This document shows positions 45,052 to 54,989 of a DNA stretch of 64,000 bases, in pieces (the stretch's first letter is position 1; each line of letters begins with the position of its first letter). The position numbers and the translations under genes were made by a program. The stretch spans positions 186,001 to 250,000 of IMG/VR virus record IMGVR_UViG_3300020188_000808. One strand, 5' to 3'. Below the pieces are notes generated by a model, which did no database searches, was not told the origin of the DNA, and worked only from the letters and a program-made list of their open reading frames with translations.

Positions 45052-45630
45052 TTATGCGAATTGACCAATGTATTGTGCGTAAACTGTGATACCACCGTCA
45101 TATGTCCAAACGTCAACACAAATTGGATCACTATTGCTGTTTACAACAAATGGTGCTGGAAATGGGTTATCGCCGTTTGTACCATATTTGATAGTACCAT
45201 TTTCTGTAGCAAAAGATACTGTTCTTGCTGTACTATCGCCTAATGTATCTAACAGCATAACTCTAATTCTACCTACTTTGTTTGCTGTAGGCCAATCAGT
45301 AAATGTTAGTGTAAGTGTGTTTGATCCAATAGTAAATGTTTGAAAATTACCATTAGTAAAACTAACGTTTGTTGGACCAGTTACTGTACCACCTGGATAA
45401 TGTTTTTCAGTGTTAGCAATAAAGTTTGCTCCACTTACATCGTTACCTAGAAAGTTGTTTGCCGCGTTTAATTTTGCAGTATTTGTCTGCAAATCTTCAA
45501 TTTCATTCTTTGCGGCTGTGAAATTGTTCTTGATAGTATTAAAGTTATTACGAAATCCCTGGCTGTCATTATCCTGACCTGCTACGGGAAACGTAGAATC
45601 AATACTTGTATTGTCAATATTACTTGCCAT
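45052..45630 (-). CDS. putative baseplate/tail structural protein
   Basis: N-terminal coiled coil and beta-rich C-terminus; CTAAATA upstream. Confidence 0.65.
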   Translation of the reverse strand: MASNIDNTSIDSTFPVAGQDNDSQGFRNNFNTIKNNFTAAKNEIEDLQTNTAKLNAANNFLGNDVSGANFIANTEKHYPGGTVTGPTNVSFTNGNFQTFTIGSNTLTLTFTDWPTANKVGRIRVMLLDTLGDSTARTVSFATENGTIKYGTNGDNPFPAPFVVNSNSDPICVDVWTYDGGITVYAQYIGQFA

Positions 45631-45664
45631 ATTAGTTCCTCTCTAGTATATGTATTTAGCTAGG

Positions 45665-48600
45665 TTAAACATTATATTGATAGTTTCCGAATGCAATATA
45701 TTGCTCATCGCTATTACCTATAGTAGCATCAACAATATATCTATCTATTTCAAAATCTAAATTCTTAAAGTCGAACCCACTATTAGTTATATTTAATAAA
45801 ATCTGTGCCGCTGTTCCTGGTTTACAATAGCATAATGGTACTGCTGTAACATATCCTAATTCTTGTACACCAGAACCTTGTGCAGTTGACATCCAAATAG
45901 GTAAGAAACTACCTTCTGTAACGCCCGCTTGTGCTATATTTTCACGCATATTTGTTACATTACTAATAAAGCGTGTTTGATCGGTAGAATTACTAATTTG
46001 TACAGCATCACTATCTACTTTAAGAGTGTTGTATGTTGGTCTAAATCTAAACGGATCACTACTTGTAGTAGCAATTTGTCCTGCTTTTAATATAGCACCA
46101 TTTCTAGTTGTAATTTCAATAGTGCCGTTTGCATCGTATATAACAGATCCTGCTCTAGTAATAATTTCTAAATCGTTACCAAACGCTCGAACATTAATAA
46201 TTTGATTTACACTATTTCTAATTTGGAAAACAGCTTCACCTGCTCCTTCTTTACTAGCATCATCACGTGTTTCGTACTCAACACTATCAACTGTAATTTT
46301 CTTTTTGTTAGCAATTCCTGTAGTTTTAGCAACCTTTCCAGTCTTTGTATCTAAAGGGTCATTTACATCTACATAAATTACTTCATACAATACTGTGTTA
46401 GTTCCGTTCTCTTTTGCTTCTGCAACTTTCAACTCACCAAATTTAAATCTTTTACGTTTATGATTTTTTCTAGAAGCCGCAACATACTCTTTAATTTCTT
46501 TAGTTTCAATACCAGCATATACTAACATCTTAACTTCTTTTTGTAGACCAAACTGTGCATCATTTGGTCTGTAAATACTATTAGGTGTAAAGATATTACT
46601 ATCACCTATGAAATTTTTATATATTTGGCGCTGTGTAGTTTTAAATAAAGGTTTAACATATAAGTTACTGTACGTCAAATTGTCAGGATCTCTTACAACA
46701 ATGTTAAACGTTCTAGTTGTAGAACTAAACCCAAATCTATCTCTTGCTTGTACTGTGAAAATAAACTTTCTATCAATAGTAGTTGTACCACCGTCAAGTG
46801 TAAATTTATTATTATCAATAGTTGAAAGACCATCTGAAGTAGGTGTTGCAAACTGTACAACTTTACCAACAATTTCACCATCAAAGTTTAAAGTTAACCC
46901 TGGTGGCAATCTACCACTTGATAATGTATAAAGTAATGAACTATCTGTAACACTTGTTAATGCTTCTACAAAAAACGTACTAACAAAGTTAGCTTTGATA
47001 CTGCCTAAGTTTTCTGTAGTTTGCCATTTAATTGTACTTTCAACTTCTCCTAAAATCTTAACTGTAAACGTTTTTCTTTTTTCAGCAATTAACTCTTGAC
47101 TGATACTAGTAAAGCGTTGAGCATTAATTGTAAATTTGTATTCTTTTGTAACAGCTGGCTGATAAGGAACACGACCTGCTATTTCGCCGGTAGTAACATC
47201 TAATACTAACCCTGGTGGAATTTCACTTGGAGTATTATCTGGATTAGTTGATTCAAACGTATATGTTAGATCACCTAGTACTGTTTGAGGATCAAATACA
47301 TCTAAGAAAATTGTTACGTAATTGTTAGCACGTTTAAACCCTAAGTCTGCTGGTGTTAACCAAACAGGAGTTCTTAAATAAGTGTTGTCTGCTTTGAATA
47401 CCCCTGTACCAATTTGCATAACTGTGTTATCTGCACGTAGGAAATCATCACCTACTAAAAATATTTCAAATGATCTTTTAACAACAGTATCACCGTCACT
47501 TACACTTACATCAAATGCGTATCTTCGATTTAATTTTTTTCTACTTTGTGTTGGGATAGCATCGTCATATCCTTTTGTATCATAGTAGTAACTTTCAAAG
47601 CCGTTAGCACTTCTTAATCCAAAGTCAAACGCATATGAGTCAAACTGTGTTGCATCATAAAATCCACTACCTGCATTTTTGTCTATTGCTAGGATAGGGT
47701 CAACAATTCCAACTAATCTTCCGTCAGTTGTTAATTGTAATCCTGGTGGTATTTCTCCATCACCGTCGGCAATAAAATATTCTAATGTTTGTCCAGTTGG
47801 TAAGTCAGCATCAATTGCTTCTAATTGGAAGTCAACAATACTACTGTCTAAAATGAATGTAGCACTTCCTCTTCCTAATGGTAATAGTCCTTCTGTTGTT
47901 GACCATACTGGATCATCAGGACCTTCTATAGTTAGAGTAAATGTTCTATCTCTTAATCCTTCTTCGTTGGTTGCACGTAACACAAATTTAAATTCAGTAG
48001 TACGTGACACTTCAAAAGGAGTACCAACAATTTTATTTTGTTCTAAACGCATACCCGGAGGTAATTCCCCACTAATTAGTGTAACAATATCTGTGTTTAA
48101 TGTAATAGTAGTTGGGGATCCATCAGATATATAAACGTCTTTTAATACTGATTCTGTATATGTAAAGTAACTTCTTACAATATCTCTATACCATAATTCA
48201 GTTGTTACATAGTCACTACTTCCACTTGTTTTATAGTGTAGTACTTGACCTGACAAGTATGAGTAATAATATGTACTGTACTGTCCATAAAATGTTCCTC
48301 CAGCATCTGGTATTTGTCCACCAACATATCCTTGAGATAATGCCCATTGATATGCTGTTTCTTGACCGCCTAACCATGTTACTGGAGTTGTACTATAATT
48401 AGGTGCTATGTTATTACTAGGATCAACATAACCTCCAACGTAAGGCATCATATCGTTCGTTGTAGCAACATTTGTGTCACCATCAGTACTTTGTATTGTT
48501 AATATTCTTTTACCTTGTTTAACAGCCGTATTTGTGTTATAGTCGTCTGCCGAATTACCTGTATTTGCTTCTGATGACGGAAAGTAAAAACTACCATTTC

Positions 48601-49225
48601 TAAACATTGGGTTAAACAGTGGAGCATTAATTGTAGCAAAATCTTTAACGCCAATGTCGTCAATTTCAATCATTGCACGATTAACTAACAGTCCGCCGTT
48701 ATTAATACCAAGTAGTTTGATTTCGTTTGATTCAACATTTGAAAATTTACTAAGTTTATTAATAAGTTGACGTAGCATTTCAATGTCTGGTGATTTATTA
48801 GTATCTTCGTCAATCACATTCCAATCATTTAACGGTTTGTCAGGAGCAACAATAATATGATCTCCTAAATAATTTTGCCAGTCGTTGATCATATTAGCAC
48901 CTGTACTACCCTGAGGGTGTAAAATAATAACAACAGGTATTAGCTTGTTTGATAAAGTAGGAATAGTTGGAACACGTATAGCTGGGGTTGGATATGTTGT
49001 AGTCATACTAGCACCATATTGATCAACATGATCAATACTAATACTAATAGTACTAGCATTACTTAATGCCGATTGTGGTGGATAACTTAAACTTTGATTG
49101 CTAGGATTATATCCGCTACCGCCGCCTATTGTTGGATCTAACGGCAGTGGAACTGATGCTGTAACTCTTTCTTGTAGAGTTGCTAAATTATAACCTGATT
49201 TTTGAGTCCAACTTGGTACTGCCAT
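45665..49225 (-). CDS. large baseplate/tail structural protein with Ig-like repeats and an inserted alpha/beta-hydrolase-like domain
   Basis: Repeated SGxLPPGLxL...GxIxG Ig-like motifs; residues ~95-350 are esterase-like; late promoter at 49250..49257. Confidence 0.7.
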   Translation of the reverse strand: MAVPSWTQKSGYNLATLQERVTASVPLPLDPTIGGGSGYNPSNQSLSYPPQSALSNASTISISIDHVDQYGASMTTTYPTPAIRVPTIPTLSNKLIPVVIILHPQGSTGANMINDWQNYLGDHIIVAPDKPLNDWNVIDEDTNKSPDIEMLRQLINKLSKFSNVESNEIKLLGINNGGLLVNRAMIEIDDIGVKDFATINAPLFNPMFRNGSFYFPSSEANTGNSADDYNTNTAVKQGKRILTIQSTDGDTNVATTNDMMPYVGGYVDPSNNIAPNYSTTPVTWLGGQETAYQWALSQGYVGGQIPDAGGTFYGQYSTYYYSYLSGQVLHYKTSGSSDYVTTELWYRDIVRSYFTYTESVLKDVYISDGSPTTITLNTDIVTLISGELPPGMRLEQNKIVGTPFEVSRTTEFKFVLRATNEEGLRDRTFTLTIEGPDDPVWSTTEGLLPLGRGSATFILDSSIVDFQLEAIDADLPTGQTLEYFIADGDGEIPPGLQLTTDGRLVGIVDPILAIDKNAGSGFYDATQFDSYAFDFGLRSANGFESYYYDTKGYDDAIPTQSRKKLNRRYAFDVSVSDGDTVVKRSFEIFLVGDDFLRADNTVMQIGTGVFKADNTYLRTPVWLTPADLGFKRANNYVTIFLDVFDPQTVLGDLTYTFESTNPDNTPSEIPPGLVLDVTTGEIAGRVPYQPAVTKEYKFTINAQRFTSISQELIAEKRKTFTVKILGEVESTIKWQTTENLGSIKANFVSTFFVEALTSVTDSSLLYTLSSGRLPPGLTLNFDGEIVGKVVQFATPTSDGLSTIDNNKFTLDGGTTTIDRKFIFTVQARDRFGFSSTTRTFNIVVRDPDNLTYSNLYVKPLFKTTQRQIYKNFIGDSNIFTPNSIYRPNDAQFGLQKEVKMLVYAGIETKEIKEYVAASRKNHKRKRFKFGELKVAEAKENGTNTVLYEVIYVDVNDPLDTKTGKVAKTTGIANKKKITVDSVEYETRDDASKEGAGEAVFQIRNSVNQIINVRAFGNDLEIITRAGSVIYDANGTIEITTRNGAILKAGQIATTSSDPFRFRPTYNTLKVDSDAVQISNSTDQTRFISNVTNMRENIAQAGVTEGSFLPIWMSTAQGSGVQELGYVTAVPLCYCKPGTAAQILLNITNSGFDFKNLDFEIDRYIVDATIGNSDEQYIAFGNYQYNV

Positions 49226-49270
49226 GTTTCATATCCTTTAACTTATTAGTATTTATCGGATATCAAGTGT

Positions 49271-50149
49271 TTAGAATGCACGTTGTTGTTTAGTACTAGG
49301 ACCTACGATATATGGGTATACTGGTTGGTTATTTGTATCTACAGTCATAAAGTAAGCATATGTGCCATCTGGATATTCCGGAGTTTTTGTGAAGCGTCCG
49401 TTGTATTGATCCAAAGTTCCTGTACCAATTTGAAATTCGTGATCGTTAACAAATGTTCCTGCTGTTTTTTCTGAATACAAATAGTCACGACCTGGTCTTT
49501 CACTACCATAATATTGATATGAACTTGTCATTCTAATTACTACTGACAAAGGATCGTTAAAGTCTGAATAACCAAATGGTCCGTAAATAGGATATCCATC
49601 AAAACAGTAACCTACAATTTTACTATGACCGTCTGCATGTCTAAACTTATCTCCACCAAAGTCGCTTCCAGCATAATATGTAGGAGTTGGACTTGCGTCA
49701 GTATCAATCATTGTAGTTGACCATGCTGGTCCTGTTTCACTTGATCCTGTTGGTAAAAATAAAAACATTGCTGACATATAATGATATTGACCATTTGTTT
49801 CTGGCCATCCACCTGCATCGTCACCGCCATAATTTCCTCTAAACTGTACAGCATTATATTCAAATCCTGTAGCTGGTGCATCGTCAATTGCACTTAGTCC
49901 AGGTGGAACAACGCCAACTCCTGAACTTGGTGAGTAAAATACAACACCATTAGACATAATGCCTAGTGGAGTTAGTGCAGTAGTTAGCTGTGCGTTTGTA
50001 GTATTTTCGCCACCTCTAAATGTAAAAGAATAGTTGTATGATTGTGATTGGGCTGTATTTGCACTAGGTGCAAACGCATTATTGCCAAACGCTTTACCAA
50101 ATTGTGCTGGATTAGGTAATCCATTTGATGTAATTGTTAAAGTTGCCAT
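49271..50149 (-). CDS. YHYH-domain protein
   Basis: TSNGLP, GQYHY, DGYPIYGPFGY, LDQYNG, YAYF. Confidence 0.8.
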   Translation of the reverse strand: MATLTITSNGLPNPAQFGKAFGNNAFAPSANTAQSQSYNYSFTFRGGENTTNAQLTTALTPLGIMSNGVVFYSPSSGVGVVPPGLSAIDDAPATGFEYNAVQFRGNYGGDDAGGWPETNGQYHYMSAMFLFLPTGSSETGPAWSTTMIDTDASPTPTYYAGSDFGGDKFRHADGHSKIVGYCFDGYPIYGPFGYSDFNDPLSVVIRMTSSYQYYGSERPGRDYLYSEKTAGTFVNDHEFQIGTGTLDQYNGRFTKTPEYPDGTYAYFMTVDTNNQPVYPYIVGPSTKQQRAF

Positions 50150-50150
50150 A

Positions 50151-50855
50151 TTAGCTTATTACTCCTGCGTCAAAAGTTCTATCATCAGGAGTCATATATC
50201 CTCCAAAGTCTATATCTGTTTCGTAAAGTAGCCAGTCACTGAAGCCCCTTACATCATTACTTAGCGTTCCAAAATCAAATCCTGCTGTATTTGGCTCAAT
50301 ACTTCTAATATCAATACCGTATACTAATCCTTGTAAGTTACCTGTAACAGGACCACTAAATTCACTTGCTGTAAATGTTCCGCCGTTAGTAATATCAAAA
50401 CCAGCGGCATTTAAGTTTCCGCCTAATTCTGGACTTGTGTCTGTTACAATTTCTGCTGTTGAATTAACAGTTAAAACATTTCCTGATAATGATGTATTTG
50501 CACCTGTACCACCAAAGATACTAAGTGATTGGCCATCTGCAAGTGATATGCTACCTGAATCTGAAACTATAGTTAATGCTTGTAATCCTCCTGTAGCATT
50601 AACTGTAATTCCTTGCGGAGTACTAGTTAGTGTTACATTAGATCCTTGTACTAATTTTTTAAGTTGAATTTCAGCTCCAACCTTTTGTGAAAATATACCT
50701 TCGCCAACATTCCCTACATTGGCAACGGTTGTGCTTTCTGGTGAACGTAGATCTAAATCATCAAAATTTTGATTTACTTTAATAAACGCTTCACGAAGAT
50801 CATCACCTGTTCCGTCGTTTGCTAGTGTACCGATATTAATTGTTTGTAAAGCCAT
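50151..50855 (-). CDS. structural protein with a T4 gp9/gp10-like N-terminus
   Basis: INIGTLANDGTGDDLREAFIKVNQNF; late promoter at 50876..50883. Confidence 0.75.
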   Translation of the reverse strand: MALQTINIGTLANDGTGDDLREAFIKVNQNFDDLDLRSPESTTVANVGNVGEGIFSQKVGAEIQLKKLVQGSNVTLTSTPQGITVNATGGLQALTIVSDSGSISLADGQSLSIFGGTGANTSLSGNVLTVNSTAEIVTDTSPELGGNLNAAGFDITNGGTFTASEFSGPVTGNLQGLVYGIDIRSIEPNTAGFDFGTLSNDVRGFSDWLLYETDIDFGGYMTPDDRTFDAGVIS

Positions 50856-50878
50856 ATTATCTCTCTTCTATAATGTAT

Positions 50879-52501
50879 TTATCCTTGTCCACTACCACTA
50901 GTACCTTTGGCACTAAACTGTATTGGACTATTATAAGGCCAATATGCTATATTACGTGTACCACCATATAATCTAGGTATACTATTACTTGCAACAAAAC
51001 TGTCAGGATTACCTGTATTATATAATTGTTCTTTTGCGTTGTTAGTCAAGAAATCTTTAAATTCTTGTGCTGTGCCTCCCGGATTTGCTTGTAACCATAA
51101 AGCACCCATTCCTGTTATTTGCGGCGCCGCCATGCTTGTTCCACTAATTCTAGCAATAGAATATGCTGTGTTAGGTGGATAATTTTGTTTGGTACTATAT
51201 GTAGATACATTACTTGTAACACTTGTAATTTGTTCACCAGCGGCATTGATGTCTAATCGAGCACCACGCTCACTATCTTCTCTTAAAAATTCTTCTGAAC
51301 CATACTGGTCACATGCCATATTGCCAACCCATACTGTATCTAATGAGTGCGGGCTACTTGGCCTATTATAAAATACAGGCTGTCCTGCGGCAATGTATCC
51401 AGCCCATGTTTCGTTGAGTGTATAATAACTGTCATATATTGTATCAGCATATTGTCCTGCGGATGATCCTGCACAAGGATGATATCCATTACCTGCGGCT
51501 TTAACACATATTACTCCGGCATCAGTTAATTGTTCTTGTTCAACATCAGCTGGCGTATATGCCATTGGGTGTCTACTTGCTACTGCACCGTATTGTGTAA
51601 ATGTACCACTAGTCCACGCCTGTGGTGTAATACTTTGATCAACACCTCTATAAAAAATTGATTGAATTTGTGTAGATCCAAATTGTGAATTTCTATAATA
51701 CCAACTATATCCCCAACTTTGATTTACAATAGTAGGACGTTTAAATCCTGTATTTGGATCAATTGGTTTTTGTTCGTGGAATAATCTAATTAAATCATAA
51801 CGATCAGTATCAATACTATGATTAGACCCGCCAAATATTCTCATAGAATAAATTCTTGCATTCTTTGCCCAACCATATGTTTTACCAGCGGCAATACCTG
51901 TACAATGACTACCATGAGCACCTGCTCTATTTGAATCATTTGATGTGTTAGCATAAAAGCTACTAGGCATTGTTCCTGATAATCCAGTTAGTTCGTACCA
52001 ATCAACTTGTTGGAATCTACTTACTCCATTTGCATCTTCCCATTCAGGGTGATCAACTTGTACACCGTCATCTTGAATAACAATGTCTACTCCGGTTCCG
52101 TCTAGTGTATAATTGTAATCAGCTGTACGTGTGCTTGAAGAATTATAATCTAAATTTGGATCAATATGTCTTTCTAAACCCCAGTTAACACTATTTGAAC
52201 CGTTTACAAAACTTCTTTGAAATTCTGCATTTTGTGTAGCATATAGTTCTTGTGTTTCTATGTCTGGAACTCCTGCTACTGATAGTACTCGCGGGTCATT
52301 TGATAATGCCGCGGCTTCTTCGTCAGTAAGATCATAATGCGTCATTCTGTTATTAGCAGGCCTAGCATTAATTACTGGTACACTTCTATCAGGTACAATA
52401 CTACTGTTTACAGAGTCATCAGTCGATGTGTCTCTTTGTAAATCGTTATCGACTACTGCAACATCTATGCCTTTTTCTGTAACTACAATATATTCAGCCA
52501 T
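50879..52501 (-). CDS. subtilisin-like (S8) serine protease
   Basis: IQDDG (Asp), HGSH (His), AAGN, SGTSMAAP (Ser); N-terminal propeptide-like region. Confidence 0.9.
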   Translation of the reverse strand: MAEYIVVTEKGIDVAVVDNDLQRDTSTDDSVNSSIVPDRSVPVINARPANNRMTHYDLTDEEAAALSNDPRVLSVAGVPDIETQELYATQNAEFQRSFVNGSNSVNWGLERHIDPNLDYNSSSTRTADYNYTLDGTGVDIVIQDDGVQVDHPEWEDANGVSRFQQVDWYELTGLSGTMPSSFYANTSNDSNRAGAHGSHCTGIAAGKTYGWAKNARIYSMRIFGGSNHSIDTDRYDLIRLFHEQKPIDPNTGFKRPTIVNQSWGYSWYYRNSQFGSTQIQSIFYRGVDQSITPQAWTSGTFTQYGAVASRHPMAYTPADVEQEQLTDAGVICVKAAGNGYHPCAGSSAGQYADTIYDSYYTLNETWAGYIAAGQPVFYNRPSSPHSLDTVWVGNMACDQYGSEEFLREDSERGARLDINAAGEQITSVTSNVSTYSTKQNYPPNTAYSIARISGTSMAAPQITGMGALWLQANPGGTAQEFKDFLTNNAKEQLYNTGNPDSFVASNSIPRLYGGTRNIAYWPYNSPIQFSAKGTSGSGQG

Positions 52502-52527
52502 ATTATGCTCCGTCTCTTTGTTTAAAT

Positions 52528-54978
52528 TTAATCAACAACATATCCTGATTCTCCTGCTAGTCTTGGATCGTCTTGTGCTGGTGTGTTACCATCTTGGAAT
52601 ATACTTCTAATTGTTGCAAGTGATGGTTTACTAATTATTGGTGCAATGTATGTGTTATGGAATGCATAACCTAACGGATTGTTTGTTTGAATGCCTGCTT
52701 GGGTACGCATATCATCTGTCCACTCTGGAGCAAGACTTCCACCGTCCCATAATTCTGTGTATTCAAACATAGCAAAGTTTAGTAGGAACAAGTATTCTTT
52801 TGCGGCTACTTCAAATGCATCTGCATCTGTTTTCCAATCATCTGGATTTTCTTGATAACCTGATGGATCCCACTTGCCAGCATCGTATGCTTCTTCCATT
52901 GCGGCATACAAATCACCTGTCTGCCAGTCAGCGGCTAAGAACTGATATAGTTTTATATCGTCTGCAGGTAACCCGTGCATGTGTAGTGTGTGGAATACGT
53001 GTTCAATAACTTCTTGTGCGTCAATGTCACCATCGCCATACCCATCACCAGTTGAGTTTAAATACCATACCATGTCATTTTGTACAGTCGTATCAAACAG
53101 GTTAGTTAAGTTCCAAGCAAGAACACCTGCATCAGTTAAGAAGTTTGGAGTGTAATCTGCTCCTGCACCTCTTGCTACTCTTTGTATAGTTGGTAAGCCT
53201 GCGTGATAAGTTCCTGCATCACCACGGAGTGTTTTAATTAAATTTCTTTGGTATTCTTCGTTAATGCCTGCACCATTTGGATCTGTAAATAATTCAAACA
53301 TACGTGCTACTTTTTCTAACCATGCATCTGGTACTGCTGTTTGTCCACCTACTGTGCCAGCACCCATAACTCTTACACCGTTAACAGTAACTTCACGTTT
53401 GAAGAAGTCACTGCCGTCACCTGTAACATTAATAATTGGAAAATTACGATATTCTGAGTCTGCTATATCTTTAAAGGTTACAGCAAAATGCGCCGCAAAT
53501 GGAAACACCCCTATTCTATTAGATGTTGCATCTGGACTCATTAAATTTCTACTGTTTGCAAAAAATGTACTTGCATTACCTTCATCAGTAGAACCTTGAA
53601 ATAATGCACCTTTGAGTGCATTGTCCTGCCACCATTTACGCAACTGTGCCGGAGACCAACCTGGGTTAAGTTGTAATAATAAACAACTCATACCCGATAC
53701 TTGTGGTGTTGACATACTTGTTCCTGAATAGGTTGCAACTGCTGATGAACTTGTATTTGTAGCACTAACAATATCAGTTCCTGCTGTATAAACATCTACT
53801 CGAGGTCCTTTATCACTTGATGATTGGCAAGCCTCTGATCCTGAATACAACGCACTATCTATATTACCTACCACAATAGTGTCAGGACCAATATTACCTG
53901 CTCCTCTATTATAATAAATTGGATTACCAGAAGCAATACCTCCTGTTGTAATACTACGTAAGATATAATTATCGTAATCTACGTCACCTGGGTAACAAAG
54001 TTTTTGACCTTGGTTACCTGCACTTTTCATATAGTGTACACCTTCGTCCTGCATTTCTTCAACTTCAGCATTTAGGTTGTACAAGTTAGCATTAAATCTA
54101 TTTAAAGTATCTCCAATCATTCCGTATGCTGTACTTTTAACAGTACCAACATTTTGACCTCTAAAATTTATAGCAGTCATACTTGTAAAGTATGCTTTAT
54201 ATCCCCAACTAGCACCAACCACAGTTGGACGCTTAACACCTGTTACAGGGTCAACAGTTTTTGCTCTATGAAATTCTTTAATACTATCAAACCATAATGA
54301 ACTAGGAATAATATCCATAGGCATACAAAAAATATTTGCATTTTTAGCCCAGCCATAATCTTTACCTACAGCAATGCCGCAACAATGTGTTGCATGATAA
54401 CTTGATCCAGATGTATTTGAATAATCAATAGTAGAAATACTACCCATGTTTGGAAGTGTATTCCATTGAAATTCTTGTAAGCGACTATTGCCGTCTTTGT
54501 CTTGCCATTGTACGTGATCAAATCTAAATTTACTTTCTTGGTGTACGTAGTCAATACCTGTTCCATCTAGATGGTATGGATAAACACCACCAATATCAAT
54601 ATTTTGAGAACCTGAACCCCAAGCATTAGCTTCTTGTATGTGTCTACGTAGTCCCCAATTTCCTCTAAGAGTACTACTATTGTCTCTAGTCCAATTTGCT
54701 TCTTGTTCGTAGTCGACCCAGCTTTCGTCCCATTCTAACGGTTCGTTAACTCCGCCAACATCTGGATGGTTTAATAATGCTTGTGCTTCTTCGTCTGTAA
54801 GAGCAACATGAAACATTCGTTTACTAACAGGTCGTTCATTTACAATACTAATAGTTCTATCTGGAACAATGTTACTATCAATACCATCATCCATAGATGT
54901 GTCTCTGTTAAGATCTGATAATATTAAATTTTTATCAGCACCTTTGTGTAGCGAAACAACATATTCTTTTTCTGACAT
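52528..54978 (-). CDS. subtilisin-like (S8) protease with a C-terminal His-rich domain
   Basis: HQES (Glu at the Asp position), HATH, SAGN, SGTSMSTP; C-terminal EHVFHTLHMH. Confidence 0.85.
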   Translation of the reverse strand: MSEKEYVVSLHKGADKNLILSDLNRDTSMDDGIDSNIVPDRTISIVNERPVSKRMFHVALTDEEAQALLNHPDVGGVNEPLEWDESWVDYEQEANWTRDNSSTLRGNWGLRRHIQEANAWGSGSQNIDIGGVYPYHLDGTGIDYVHQESKFRFDHVQWQDKDGNSRLQEFQWNTLPNMGSISTIDYSNTSGSSYHATHCCGIAVGKDYGWAKNANIFCMPMDIIPSSLWFDSIKEFHRAKTVDPVTGVKRPTVVGASWGYKAYFTSMTAINFRGQNVGTVKSTAYGMIGDTLNRFNANLYNLNAEVEEMQDEGVHYMKSAGNQGQKLCYPGDVDYDNYILRSITTGGIASGNPIYYNRGAGNIGPDTIVVGNIDSALYSGSEACQSSSDKGPRVDVYTAGTDIVSATNTSSSAVATYSGTSMSTPQVSGMSCLLLQLNPGWSPAQLRKWWQDNALKGALFQGSTDEGNASTFFANSRNLMSPDATSNRIGVFPFAAHFAVTFKDIADSEYRNFPIINVTGDGSDFFKREVTVNGVRVMGAGTVGGQTAVPDAWLEKVARMFELFTDPNGAGINEEYQRNLIKTLRGDAGTYHAGLPTIQRVARGAGADYTPNFLTDAGVLAWNLTNLFDTTVQNDMVWYLNSTGDGYGDGDIDAQEVIEHVFHTLHMHGLPADDIKLYQFLAADWQTGDLYAAMEEAYDAGKWDPSGYQENPDDWKTDADAFEVAAKEYLFLLNFAMFEYTELWDGGSLAPEWTDDMRTQAGIQTNNPLGYAFHNTYIAPIISKPSLATIRSIFQDGNTPAQDDPRLAGESGYVVD

Positions 54979-54989
54979 TTTGTTAATCC

